This document shows, in pieces, positions 1 to 13,150 of a stretch of 64,000 bases of DNA (the stretch's first letter is position 1; every line of letters starts with the position of its first letter). The DNA comes from Selaginella moellendorffii (Eukaryota > Plantae > Lycopodiophyta), in NCBI RefSeq assembly GCF_000143415.4, contig NW_003314369.1, positions 186,001 through 250,000 on the forward strand. Direction: 5' to 3'. Made by a program: the position numbers and the translations under genes. The notes below the pieces were generated by a model that saw nothing but the letters and a program-made list of their open reading frames with translations, was not told the DNA's origin and made no database searches.

Positions 1-139
1 GCCAGCATTCTAGATCAAGCATGAAATGGAATCAAACGTTTGTTTTCCATGATCAGTGTCGTGGATCTATAGAATGTGTAAAAGTTTTCTTTATTTGATT
101 GCTTGTTAAATAGCTTGATCTCATTGAACATGGTGTTTT

Positions 140-1000
140 CTACGATTGCTGGAGGTTCAAACTATGGACATAGGTTGAGACCAGTGTGATAGAAAGCTGC
201 AGCACTGATGATGATTGAGTTTGCCATCTCTTGGATGCACAAGTAAATCGATCAATCTCACACGTTTTCGAGGTCCAAAAGAGACACACTCTCGTTGGAG
301 AGAATGCTTGCCAAATAATGCAGGAAAACACATGATACAACCCAAATCTTTAACAAGTTGCCCCAGTGGAGCATTCTCTCTGTGACTGCCCACGTATGGG
401 ATTCTATCCAAAATTCGCTTGGAACCATAGTCACTTCAAGGGACAGAATGTTCCAATATTGGCAATCAGGGTGAACTGGTGGAGGCTCACGTTGGTGGCT
501 GTCTGTCTCAAGGACATGCTGCTCCAGGAATTTGGAAAAAGAGAGGCACTAGAAGCTTGGCAATGACAATGGAGCCTTTGCTATGGAGGGGAATATGAGG
601 GAAGTATCAAATGAAAATGGAGACCACCAGACTCTATAGTAAATGAGGCAAAACAAGCCAATTTGGCACTGGACGCTATGCGAAGGAGATGACCACAGTA
701 GCCCAATTGGAATGCAGCAATCACCATTAGGTAGGAGATAACAAGATGGTATTGTTAAGAGTAGCACCATGAGGGAATCCTTTTTGTATTAATCTCTAAG
801 GGACATTGAGTAATGTTGTTGCATCTATCCAAAAATCGCTCATTGATAGTAAATGTAAGGCACACTTCTTAGACTTCACGTGTTAACTAGCATTGATAAA
901 AGTCAATACAAGCAGCAATGAGGTGGATGCATCTTAAAAGATCAGTTTAGGCAAATCTTCACTCTTTGCTAAAATCAATATTTGATTGTATTTAGAATAT
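140..1000 (-). mobile_element. Highly degenerate retroelement remnant, probably LINE ORF2 C-terminal region
   Basis: Mixed minus-strand frames give 'IPSCYLLP..LLWS' and 'TIESGGLHFH', resembling the post-RT 'SCFxLP...FLW...GGLG' block of L1-type LINEs. Many stops and frameshifts. Confidence 0.3.
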
Positions 1001-2099
1001 TTAAAAATCTATCATAATAAGGAGGGAGTGCCAAACTTTTTGGCTGCCACATCCAACTAATGGTAGCCGTCCAATGGGGGGTAACTATAAAAGGGTTATT
1101 TCTTTAACCACGTCCTAGCAAATAATCATGCTAATGTTTGCTCCCAATCAATGGGAGGTGACCAAACTGCATGGGGCGAGAGAAAAAAGGTGACATATGT
1201 CATATACAAATGTGTTGACCATGACTGTGCCTGTCATCTGTCCTGTTAAGCGAAAAATTATCTTTTTTCTAATCTTACCTCTCCACAGCCAGTGCAACAG
1301 GCTGCTCCATGTGAGAAAACAAAAGGAATATCAGAGCTAATCTCCACAGACCATTTTTGTAGATCCACTTCGCTAGCAAGGTTTCCATTCATCTGTTTTG
1401 CAGCCTAGAGAGCAATGGTGGCATTACCACTGCCACCTCCAAGGCCAGCACCACTTGGAACTCTTTAGTCCAAAGAAGAAAAACTAAATGCTTTGATCAA
1501 GGAAAGTTTATTGAGAGCTTACCCAGAAATGTTTTGTAAATCCTCAGAAACAAATGAATGGATAGTTTTACCAAGTTTGAGTCGTCGAGTGGGATTCCAA
1601 ACACATTTGTTGTAAGTGAGTCTTTCTTTTTAGAAGGAGAAACTGAAAACTTTAAAGTATCTCCCAGGCTAATCACCTGAGTGAAAAGTTTCTTAAGAAA
1701 CTAGAACAAGAAAAAAAAAACCCAAAAGCTTACATGAAAGAGAGATGTTAAATCGTGGTAGCCATCAGGTCTCTTGCTCGTGATTCCCAAGAAATCATTG
1801 ATCTGGTTATAAAGTTCTTTAGCTCTATCCAAGAAGAAAACTTTGGGAAAACTATACATACCTTGGATGGCAAAAATAATGTAAGATTTCGAGCAAAACC
1901 ACCTGAGCTTTGGAGTTCCTTGGTGAGCTCTTCATACCTCCCAACAGGATCATAGACAATCTAAAACTCCAAAAACTGTATGACTCAGAGAACTCTATCT
2001 CTATCTCAAGACCTTTACCTCGAGTTTTTTGGAGCCCGACGACTCTATAACTCTCAAGAAGCTCCTTCTTCTGCATTTAGGCCCTTGAAACGAAGCAAA

Positions 2100-3110
2100 A
2101 CTGCCTATCAAATTGCTTGCTGGATCGGCAAAATGGAGTGATGGACTTGCCATGGATTCTCTCTCCAATTTCCAGCTCGATTTTTATCTAGGAGCCACAA
2201 TAGGCACGATGAGGAAGAAACAAGACAAAGGAGAAGATAAAAAGATACACTCATATGAACCCATCGAGTGTGTTTTTGAGATGGAAGTTGCACTTAAAGA
2301 GAACATGGTTAGTGGTATATCAACTTCTCTTTTGTTTTCTTTGGTTATGCTGGTAAACTAAATATTTTCTATGCAGCTGAGCTATGATGACAAGACAATA
2401 CCCATTCCTTTCAATAAGATGTATTCTTGAGTGGGCAAATGAGTCCTGCCGTCTATGGTTCTTTGCAAAACTTCCAAAAGATTTTAAATTCTACAACATC
2501 TATGGCAGTTCATGCAAAACTCCATTCCATGTCTGGTATGTGTTCTTCATTCTTGATAGCCAACTTCATTGGCAACTTTTTTCCATTGTTTCCAGCTACA
2601 GGAGTGAAAAAATGCCTCATAGTTGAGCTCAAGGTAATGTGGAGTTCTTTCTTCATGCTTACTCAAAGAAACTTTGGACTTTGCAGGCCAATTTCAAGTA
2701 TGTGGATGGACATGGCACGGTACCATCCAAGTCTTCCAAGGTAGCCCTCTATTTCTATCACCCGGTTCTGAACTCTGCTTTCTTCATAGGATGTTGGGTT
2801 CCCTGCGACTGTGAGGCACAGGGTTCCAGGCGACCATCGCAGTCTACTAAGATCAAACGAGGTGTTCCTCCTCCTCAAAGACATCCTGGAAATCAAAGAT
2901 GAAGAGAAGAAGCTTGTGGTTCACACTGCCCTGCACAAGTCCGAGGAAGTGATCGAGAAACAAGCACGCTTTTGTCTCAGTGACACAGCCATCTCCCACA
3001 AGAACAGTGCATGGGACGCAAACTCCGAGGACAGCCAAGACTACAACAATGGTAGCAAGAGCGAGGACAACACCGAAAACTCAGTAGTGTTCACCATCAA
3101 CACTTGCTAG
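2100..3110 (+). pseudogene. LCAT3/LCAT4-like phospholipase A1 (LCAT family) 3' fragment, copy A
   Basis: Spliced pieces read IPIPFN/CILEWANES..AKLPKDFKFYNIYGSSCKTPFHV, ANFKYVDGHGTVPSKSSK and HRVPGDHRSLLRSNEVF, matching the plant LCAT3/4 C-terminal motifs. Frameshift near 2418; no N-terminal half. Confidence 0.8.
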
Positions 3111-3809
3111 AGCTCAAGCTCACAGTAAAGCCACACCTCACAAGCCACACAAAGGATTCAAGCTCCATCACCTCAACATTTCTGCCACCGGTGTTGCAGA
3201 AGGAAGCAATTGAGAAAAAGCTGCCATTGCAGTGGAGAAATCTATAGTGCCAAGCTCATAACACTGTACAATATGTAAAAATATGGAAAAATACCATTTA
3301 AATTCTGTCAAAGTTATGTTCATGTCTTCTTTCCCAAGGTTTAGGCAGCTTCTAGGTTGAGATAATTTGCTCCAATTGGGAATAGGTATCATGCTTCCAT
3401 TTGTGGAAGAAAAAAAAATCTCACCAAAAGTTTTTCCTTTGTTATCCAAAAGAAAAACAAATGCAAACTAAACATCACATAACACAATGATTAGTATTCT
3501 TATGCTTTGAACTTAACAGTTTTATTTTCTTTTCTGGTTTTTCCTTCTGTAGGAGAAATACTAGCAACGAAACCATGATGCTCAAATCTCGAAGCTATAA
3601 TACTTGTGACATAAAACTCTTGGCCAATATATTTGTCTTTTTTGGCTCAGATTTAAAGTTTTTTGAAAACTTCACCTTGCCAACCCACCTGCTTTTTGCT
3701 GGGCAATTTCTAGTATTGTGATTTACGAGCTGCCAGGTTAATTCACGTTCCTATGTCAAACAAAGCCCACATTACAAAGGAAAAACTATGGTATCTAATA
3801 CCCGCTCTT

Positions 3810-6037
3810 GAATGAGAATGTCTTCATCCATACCAGAATTGATGCTCGGAAAGACTTCAGAAGTTGGTTGCACGTACTTGCCCATCCCCATCTTTCCTCC
3901 AAACTCACCCGCAGAACTTGCCTCCAGCATGATATGAGGTCCAATATGAACGGAAGTCTCAGGACCGGAGCTTCGATTAGCATGAACTGGCTTGATAACA
4001 AAATCACCACCCTTCAACAGTAGCCTATGCACAAGAGGCTCATAAAGCTTCCCCGACAAAGCCCCCACCCAAGGGCAACTGAATGTTTCTTTCAGAAATC
4101 CCAACACGAACAAGCTCTGTCATCAAAGCCTCGCTTGCAAACTGATATGTCTTTTCGCTGTGGTCCTCAGTTGCCACGATGTGCAGAATGCAGTCACTGA
4201 CTTTTTCAACGTACCCTCATGACAAAATTGTAGCCGCTTTGGACGCACTTGATCCGAACGACTCAACCACAGCCTTGGCCCTGGCCTTCCCCACTTTCAG
4301 CTTTGTTGCACGCAGTACATACCTAGGAACTCCACCCAAATAATCGAAGTTGTCAAGCCCTTCCTTTCTGTCCACCACATTCATGTTCCTGTAACTAGTT
4401 CGGTAAGGCTCAAAGTCGTCAAGGAATTTCCCAATCTCCTCCCTGGACCACACCGACATATAAAGCATGCAACAAAGTCCCCCCTTGCCAAACTCCTGGT
4501 AGTTTGTCTTGTTAGATGAGCAAACCAAAAGAACTCGACACTTGCCAGGTAAAGGCGTCTCCTGCTTCCCATCTATCACTAGCCACATTGACAGATCGTC
4601 CAGCATTTGGCATATAATTTCGCCATTCACGTAATAACCACCTTCAACATATCGGCTTCGCAAATTCAGGATGTAAACAACCTCGCCAACCTTGTATAAC
4701 GCCTTTTCTTGCCCCATTTGGCCCAGCCTAATAATCCAGTGATAGCCAAAGAACGATTTCCCTATCCCTGCAGTGCCTAGGACAATGAAGGAAGTGAAGT
4801 TGTTGAGCCGCTCCTGGATTTTGGATTCTAGACTCGCATATGCCTTTCGTTTCCATAGCAGGAAAGGTTTGTCATAATTTCGCAGTGCATCGCTATCTAA
4901 AATCCAGAATTTAGAATCTGGAGTATCAGTAGCCCTTACAAGGGCCACCACACCATCTGGTACACCTGAAGAAAGATACGAATGCACGGATCAGACAAGA
5001 ACTGCTACAAGCAGGCAAATACCGCTCTGAGCAAACTCTAGTGTGAGGCAGGAAAACTTCAAACGACGGCAAAACAGTCATCCCAGGGGGAAGAGCTCTA
5101 AGCCGAAGAAGACACAGACAGCATTAATAGAACGCAAGGGCCCACATACCAAGCAGATGGCCATGAATTCAATTACAACCACAAGCCAGACACAAGCACC
5201 CAAGACCAAATCCAACAGCGACGCCATCAGAAGCAAGACCTTGCGCCCGATTTCATGGCGCACCAGGAACACCAAGAACTGGACAAAAAATGGGTCTTCC
5301 AACATCACACAGATCAAAGAGAAAACAAGGGGGAAGGGCTTTCACAATTGCTTACCAGATCCGCGGATTCCATTGGCCTCCTCGTCTCCGCGGCAAATGC
5401 CCAGTTGCGGCATTCACAGTCTACCAAGGTGTAATTCCGCGGTTCCCGATGAGCTCTGAGGGGGGTACCACGGATGCGCCCTGCGTCAACGTGCTGCGGG
5501 AGGACAAACTTCCGAGAAAACAGCTTGGTGAGCGCACCGCGCTCCTTTCTCCAGCGACCCCACCCATGCTCCTCCTGTGCAACTCCAGCGAGGGGCACTG
5601 CAACATTCAGAACATAACAAAGTTAGTATTAGATCTGGAAGAAAAAACTATCAATAGAAAACATGGCCAGAATCAAGGGTCTCAACAGCCATAGCCATAA
5701 ACAAGGATCCACAAGGGAGTATGCGTCCGCCAGCAGCATAGCCAAAAGCCACCATAGCCACACTTCTGGCAACCCAAAATAAAAGCGCTAGCCGAAAGAT
5801 ATCCACGAAACACAGCAAAACGCCGCAAAAAGCTAAATACACAAAGAATGACTTACCATTACTTCTGAGGTGGAGGAGGTTTTCCTCCTTCCGCAGTTGC
5901 TCTTTCTTATTCCGCCCATATTCCGCCAATATTCCGCCAGAGATTGATTGCCACTCTGAAGGGCAGAGAGAAAAGACCCCAGCCGCTTGGATCTGCGGCT
6001 CAAGAAGCCCGATTTGAGCTTCCACCTTAGCCAATTC
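3810..6037 (-). pseudogene. Crinkler/RHS-type NTPase-nuclease gene, disrupted copy A
   Basis: Walker A GTAGIGKS, Walker B WLVIDG and GGVPR in ORF 4217-4987. TGA at 4217 where copy B has GGA; internal deletion near 4113; nuclease truncated after 'ILIQ'; start codon deleted near 6037. Confidence 0.85.
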
Positions 6038-6199
6038 CTAGAGGCAGTGGCGCCCTAGAATCGTCAGGGACCGCACGATCTTCATCCGACGGCCTGGTGT
6101 TTTAGACCACTAACTCAATTATAAACACAAGAGACAAAAAGCGAAAACTCAACCACACTTTTGTTTGTTTAAGCGGCTTCTATTTTACAGTTTTGTACG

Positions 6200-6678
6200 A
6201 ACTTATCTATTGCTTGCTCCTTGGTGGAGTATGCTAGGGCAGAATGGAGGTGGAGCGAGTGGTGGTGGACGTGCGGCATTTGATCGGGCAAGCGCGCAGC
6301 TATGGCTGTGCCTTGGAGAGCTTGGTGTGCAGGATCTTGGCCATGGTACACAATGTGGGCATTCACCTTCTTGGATTCACTCGCGTCTGGGGCGTCGACG
6401 AGTATGCTGGGGAGAGCTGGGACGGCGCTGTTCGCGTCGGCGAGAAACGAGCGTAGCATCAAGGCATTCCGGGATTGTGTGGACAAGCTATTACTGGGAG
6501 ATGCTTAGGAAGATGACGCTGCTGCTGCTCCTTGCCATGGCTGGGCATTCCACATCGGCCAAAGTATGACTGATGTTGTGCGGGAGAATTTTGAGGACAG
6601 AGAGACGTATTACAAATGGCTTTTCAAGGAACCTGACGAACGATTTGAGGCTTTTCTCGAGTACGTGGAGAAAGAGGA
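6200..6678 (+). pseudogene. PLS-type PPR gene fragment, copy A
   Basis: Frameshifted pieces 'IACSLVEYA', 'RAAFDRA', 'VPWRAW', 'FTFLDSLASGA..G.ALFASARNERSI..DCVDKL' resemble decayed S/P/L2/S2 PPR motifs. Confidence 0.45.
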
Positions 6679-6699
6679 GATTTCTCTGTATGTGCTATT

Positions 6700-7540
6700 A
6701 TTAATATTGTTTGTCCTAGTTCATTATTTATATCTTGGTTTGTTTTATAATATCATTTGAGTGTTTCTATAAGTGTATTTAAAAGCATTGAATTTCCAGT
6801 TATTGCTTCTCCTGTTAAAAGTAAGCACAATTGTTTGTTAGGTTGTTTTATTGTTTTCAATATGAAGTCATCATGTATTATTTTTTGCTTTTTATTTAGA
6901 GTTCTTAATAATTGGTGATATTTACTAGTTTCCATAAGGTATTCATCTTGTATTATAATTGTTAAATTTTTTAATATTTTATATTTTATATTTAAATTTA
7001 AGTTTTTTTTATTTTTCATTTTGAATAAATCTTTCCCTATATCAAATTCATCTATTTGGTTTGTGTTTATTTCTTACATATACTGTGCTTGTTCTTTTAA
7101 TATTTTATTCAATCAATCAATCAAATTCACTCTCATTTATTACTTTTTTATATATGTATTGATGTTATTTTTCATTTATTTGTTCCATATTTGCTTCATA
7201 TGCATTCATATATGTTGTATACATTTCTTTAAGATCTTCTTCTTTTCTAAATTTTTTATGTAAGATTAATCTTTCAAAAGCCCACTTTTCTGGATCTTTT
7301 TCTTTACTAAAGTTTATATATCCAATTATATTATTTTTTTTTAAAGTTTTCGTGTTGTTACTTCTTTTTCAATTATATATTCAGTTGTTATCTCTGCTAA
7401 TGTTAAATCTTCTAATTCTTCTAGTCTTTGCATGTATTTTTCAATTAGTCTAGGTACTGCCATGTTTGTTTCATCTTCTTGCATTTTTGCAAGGTCTTGT
7501 TTTGTTTTTAAACGTTTTGTTCGTTGTTCTTGTGGTTTAG
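6700..7540 (-). mobile_element. Helitron Rep/Helicase (PIF1) fragment, degenerate
   Basis: 'LRTLNKKQKIIHDDF...LCLLLTGEAITGNSMLL' is a decayed PIF1 Q-motif and Walker A. Upstream 'KYMQRLEELEDLTLAEI...KEKDPEKWAFERLIL' resembles the Helitron Rep-helicase linker. Very AT-rich. Confidence 0.7.
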
Positions 7541-8679
7541 TATCAATGAACTTCTTTTGAGCTACTACAGGGTGAAGGAGAGCTCAACATCGCCAAAGAT
7601 GGATATCCAGAGCCAAGAACTAAAGCGAACATTTGATATATATGTGCCTTCCTATTTAACTTTCTTCTAAGCTGCTTTGTTTTTCTTTTGTAAGCTATCC
7701 AGTAGGATCCAGTAGGAGCACGGTCATTCAGAAGCAAGAGTCTTAGTTTAGTGAACTACAAGCTCCATGACAAAGAGATGTGAAAGAGACAAAGACTTTT
7801 AATGACCATGTCAATGTCTTTGAAGGTCGCCCTTGAAAGACTTGACTTTAGCATAAGTATAAAGTACTTGCAATGTGAAGTGCCATCACTATTAGCATTT
7901 TGTTGAGCTACAGGATAATATGATTTGAGTAAAAAGGTGCATATAATGAAGTTCTGCCACTAATGGTATGCTTTCTAGATCCTGTCTACTAAACAGCTTC
8001 TTCACACTTTCAAATTCAAGTCCTGGCTCAAATTTTTGATTGCCATAGTGATTTTGACTATGGCTTTTCCAACTCTTTTGTCAAGAGCACTACAAGAGCG
8101 TACACGGTTTCAAGCATCTAGTTCAAACAAATCAACAACAAAGCTGAATTTTGGAATTGCTTGTGGTTCAAGCTCTTTCACATTCATTTGCTTACATATT
8201 TATTACAAGATGGGGTTTAGCATCTAGTACAGAAAACAATACACCACATTCTTCACCCAGCTTCTCTGAAGTCCTCAAGAAACTCTCTATCCGGATGCAC
8301 AATGATCATTTTCCTGAATTCTGGTGTTAGGCATACAATGTTAACGTGGTAGATTACCTGAGAGGGGCTTTCAGAGGCAGGTTGTGTTTCTTGCATATTA
8401 GTTCTTTTGGAAATTTCAAGTTGTTGTGCAATGCAATCAGTAGCAATCTTGTGAGTCGTTGCCATAGGATTGCTAGTTTGTGTGCTTTGAAATCTAGAAA
8501 TTGTTAAAAGAAGCACTGCAAGATTTCACGAATAGATATTTGTATTATAGAGAAAGCAATTGAAAAATAGACAAGAAACAATTGTTTCTATTTCTGGTTG
8601 TTGGCAATTTCCATGGCTGAATTGTATGGTGTCTCAAAATGGACAATAATATTTGCGTCATTCAATAGAAAGAACCTAT

Positions 8680-8945
8680 TGGTTTTGAAGACAGATAAAC
8701 AGCAATCTTTTCTGGGGACTCCATAGCAAACTTGACCATAGACCCTTCATCCAAATTATAAATTTTATCCACCATTTTATCATGCACTGTAACTCTATAT
8801 TCCATCATGTCATTTGATATAATAGAACCAGTTATTGTAGATGATTTATGAGGGATGGAATGCCCTTTACACTTTGCACAAACAACAAAACCATCTTCTC
8901 TCTACATTGTAAAAGAGTAAAATGAGCAAAAACTTTCAACTTGAG
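8680..8945 (-). pseudogene. RPA70 C-terminal OB-fold/zinc-ribbon-like fragment, probably Helitron-borne
   Basis: Manual translation VESFCSFYSFTM*REDGFVVCAKCKGHSIPH...ISNDMMEYRVTVHDKMVDKIY shows a decayed CxxC...CxxC ribbon followed by beta strands. Lies next to the RepHel fragment. Confidence 0.35.
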
Positions 8946-9599
8946 TGAGGCTTTGTTGGTTGTCAGGGATGAAATATCCACTAATCTGTATAATTAGAAG
9001 TTAGAGTTGAAAGTAGATGTAAGCAATTTACATTACCTTGTCTTTAGAAGTGAGACCATGGTGTGTTTTATAAACTTCATTGAGCTTTTGAATTTCGTTT
9101 GAATCAACTAGTGGCAAAAATAAAGTACTTCCAAGTGTTGCTAAATCACCTAACTCATGCTTTTCATAATATTAAAAAATAAAAACTTTGGCATATATCC
9201 AGCATATAAATCTGCTACAATATGATGATACTACTCTTCATGCTCCGGATGCATACAGAGCTATGAAATTATCTTAGAAATAGAAAATTAAATAAGAAAA
9301 AACATTACCATAGTTACGTCCAAAGGATTATCAGAAAAAGCAATCTTTATTTTAGGAAAAACACTAGTGTTCATTACAACAGCATGTATATACCTCCATA
9401 CAAATGGCAATGCAGCCTGAGCGCGAAATTCAAGGTATGGGCTATGGTTCAATGGAGAAACACCCCTTGAAAGTAAGGAAAAAGAGCTATGAAAGTAAGT
9501 GAAAGAAAGGAAGAAAAAGAAAAAGAAAAAGAAGAGAAGAGGAACGCCTCACTGGATGAAGCATTTGAAATGAGAGTGGTTATGAGCGTGTGGGAGCTC

Positions 9600-12500
9600 A
9601 CATCCATCAGCATCAACTAGCACATATGCTCCACTTCCGATGTGTCACTGGACAAAGTAGGGGCTGGTCCAACAAGGGGAGAACTTCGAAAGTGGCATAA
9701 ACTCCTTGAGTAGAACGAGATCACCATCTTCAAATGGTTCGGCAGACTGCTAGTGATCAATGACTGACTTGATCTTCTACTTGCCTCGAAGGAGATGTTC
9801 AGTTGTGGATTGTTGCTGTTCTTCCAAGGCAAGAACCTCCAAATTACGTACATGAAGCTTGTCCTCATTGCTAAGCTGCATTGCTGCTATGTATCGAAGT
9901 GAAAGTGAGAGCGATAGCACCTGGATCTCCACTGGAAACATGGCCTTTGTCCCATAGACAAGGGAGAATGGGGTCACGGAGATGGATGTCTTGAAGGACG
10001 TCTGAAAGGCCCACAATGTTGTGACTAAGTGCTCGTACCAATGCTTTGGGTGATCTTCCACAAGCTTTGAGATGATTATCTTCAATATCTTGTTGCTAGA
10101 CTCAGCCTAGCCATTGCACTCAGGATAATAGCTGCTACTCTTCACATGCTTGACCTGCAGCCGTTGGAGAAGATGCTACATGTGAAAAGTTGGCTGGAAC
10201 TCTTGAATGGTCACAATCCAAGATAAAGTATGAGGACTATGAACCGGTTGCTGTAAAAGAAAGGTCAGCACATTAAAACAGACATGGAAATGGATACAGG
10301 CTCCAGCAAGAAAGTGACAAAATCACTCCAAGGTGTAAACAATAGCCACTGCTTCTTTTTCTGCATCCACGTACTTCTTCTCAGTCTTCTTGAACGAATG
10401 TGAGGCATAATATGTTGCATGTGGTGGCTTGCCAGGCTGTGAATATTGGCAAAGGCATACTCCAAAAGCCTCTGTATCCGTCTTGATGGGAATTTTGAAA
10501 AGAAGTTGTCGTTCTGGTGGTTAGAGTACCGGGGGCTCCATGGTAGGAAATTTTGAACTCAAAGAGCTACAACTCACATGCAGCACGTTCGATTGGCTTG
10601 ATTCTTTCTACCAGTTGTGTGTCTAGATGTCTTCTTCCATCTCCAACAAACAGCATGACAAAATATGCTTAAAGTCATCAGCTACCATGATTTTTGTAGG
10701 AAGATGCTGGCTGTGTGACACCTCAGATAGTTGCTGAGGAGGATTGAGTTTGGCTGTGTCTTGCAAAAGATGGACCTGGTCTAGAGTGATCGTGTCATCA
10801 AGCTCCATAAGAGAGAGTTGGTCCCATGCAAGAAACGAATCAAGGAGCCCTTCCTCTATTGAGAAACACTCCAAAAAGTTGGATATGGGGGCCCATACTC
10901 TATAAGCCTTGCCATCAAATAAAGAGGGCGTGTCTAGAGGCTCGGCCTTACTCTCAAATAAAGAGAGTGAGGCTAAGAGATGTCTCAAGCTATCTGACTC
11001 ACCTCCAACAATGTCGATTACATTGCATGAGAAAGCATCCGTCATATAGATGGTCGATTCCACCACCAACTCGGGAAAAGCCTCTATGAGCTCAAGAGGA
11101 AAGTATGGTGTGGAGGCCATCTTAGTCTGACCCTGCTGGGCTTACTGAGAAAGAGCTTTACCATGGTTGTTGAGAAAGGTGGCGCTATGGGTTTCATCGC
11201 TAATTTCCATCTTGCCTTGTGCGCTATCAATGGTGCAATGGGCTGTGACTTGCCATGAGTGGCCAAGGATGACAGAGTCCTTCAATGAGGATGTTCCAAA
11301 ACATTGGTAGTCAACCATGAGGAAGTCTACCTCAAAAATAACACCCTGCACTAAGACCTTGACACCACAGCAAATGCCTGCTGGAGGAATAATGTGGTTG
11401 GCAAAGGTCTTGAGCACGATGGAGGAGCTCTCAATGATCTGTAGCTGTGCTAAAAGGGCATCTTTGAGAGAGATAATGTTGCTTTTAGAACCAGAGTCAA
11501 CCAAAGCATCCATTCTACAAGAGGAAGTAGCAATCTGCACCGAGACGAAGAATGGACTAGGATCTCCACCATATCTTGTCATGTCAGCGATGTGCACCTC
11601 TTGAGGAGTCCTCTTGAGAGTGCTCTCTAGTGTTCCTGACCATGCAAACTCCTCTAAACGCTGGCCGAATCCCGGGACAAGACACAACATATCTCAGAGC
11701 GAAAAGGTGACGGGAGTGTCAACCAATTGTTGAAGAATCGGCTCCAGAACAGGAATAGCTGTTGGTGAGATCTTATGAGGAGAAGAGAGTAGTGACTTGA
11801 AGGGGAGATTACAAGCCACCCTCTGTGTCACTGGGCCTGATGGCAACGGAGATTCGCTCTCAACTGGCGCCGAGGGAGCTGTGGCAGGCTGAGCGGTTTC
11901 CTTCTTCTTCGCTTGGGCTCGAGTGGCTGTGGTTTGCTGCTGTTGGCTATAGAGTTCCTCGGCTACCAAAATTGTGTTGACTGATGAGGCTGGTGCCTTG
12001 CCTTTGCTCGATGAAAGGGCTGCCTCAATTGCTTGTTGCTCTAACTGCTCCTGATATGTCTCTGGACCCCGAGACGATGTGGAATTATCAGCGAAGGGAC
12101 GTTGTTGGACACGTTGAGAAGGTGGAGGCCAAAGCTTTGGGTGAAGCTTGAAGCAGCGCTGCATGTTGTGTGTGTTCGTCTCGCAATGATTGCACCAACG
12201 GGATTTAAATCTACATTCACAAGCTGTAGCAGCCTCTTTCCTAGACTCCACCAGCTCCTGGAGCAGTTTGTCATGGTGTGATTGTTGCTAAAGAATGATC
12301 TCCTTCAGCTGCCGCATCTCATTGGCAAAGTTTTCAATAGCCGGAGGTGTATGCTCAATAGCGATGGGCTTTGTTGTGGATGGCCGAACAACTGCACAAG
12401 GTGACTCTGATGGGATGATGGCTTGGTCGAAATCAACTATAGCAATCCCCAGGTCAACAAGAAGCTCTCTTTCCAGCTTCGAGGCAAACGAAAATGCCTC

Positions 12501-13150
12501 GCGACAAGAGCTGAATGTCTTCTTAAGAACTTTCCATTGCAAGTTCCCACGCAGACCCGCTGTGAATGCTGTGATCCTCTATTGTTCATCTTGGACCACT
12601 CTGCAATCCCAACACTGCTTCCAGTATGCTCGAAATTGGGTGATATAGTCAGGAATAGACTCGTGAGCACCCTGCCAGAACGAAAAGAGGTCAACAAGTA
12701 GTCGATTTGTGGGTTTTTCTTCAACAAAACATTCTCTGAAAGAAGCGAGTAGTGTCTGGAAGTCTGTCCGGTCCTTTGGAAGGAGAGAATCTGCCCAAGT
12801 TGCTGCTTTGCCTTCAAGAGACTACAAGAAGTCGTGGCACATACGATCATCATTGACGATCATGTTTGTGGTGCAAAGCGACTGATATGCGATGTTGGAG
12901 AGAATGTTCCAACACCTGAGAAGGTTGGCAGATCACTCCCCCTCTACAGAACATGGAGCTGAGGTCGAGCTAAAAGTGCCTGCACCATAGCTTGTAGATC
13001 TAAGTCATTGGAATCTACCAAGGATGAAGAGGACTCAGCCTGAGAAGGTGTAGTGTCGTACTTAAGCTACCTTTGGATGTTAGAAAATTTACTCCGTACC
13101 TTAGGGCCTTGAGGTATAGTGAGAGGGTGCCAATTTGTCATACGTTTGGT
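9600..13150 (-). mobile_element. Ty3/Gypsy LTR-retrotransposon internal region, degenerate (non-chromovirus, Tat/Athila-like), RT apparently deleted
   Basis: Gag-like ORFs; zinc knuckle CNHCETNTHNMQRC; protease ALVDSGSKSNII; RNase H remnant near 10300; integrase 'WYEHLVTTLWAFQTSFKTSISVTPFSLVYG..PVEI'. Confidence 0.85.

Larger units (their letters stand above)
1982..6678. repeat. Segmental duplication copy A (LCAT fragment, CR-type gene, PPR fragment); partner is 13963-18360
   Basis: Colinear near-identical sequence and ORFs (MMTRQYPF.., MHSYLSS.., MAVPWRAW..). Similarity starts at 'aactctatctctatctcaagac' and ends at 'gtacgtggagaaagagga'. Confidence 0.95.

Noticed and set aside
800-9600. Helitron termini delimiting the duplicated block
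   Set aside because: No convincing hairpin plus CTRR 3' end or 5'-TC at an AT site was found, so capture remains a hypothesis.
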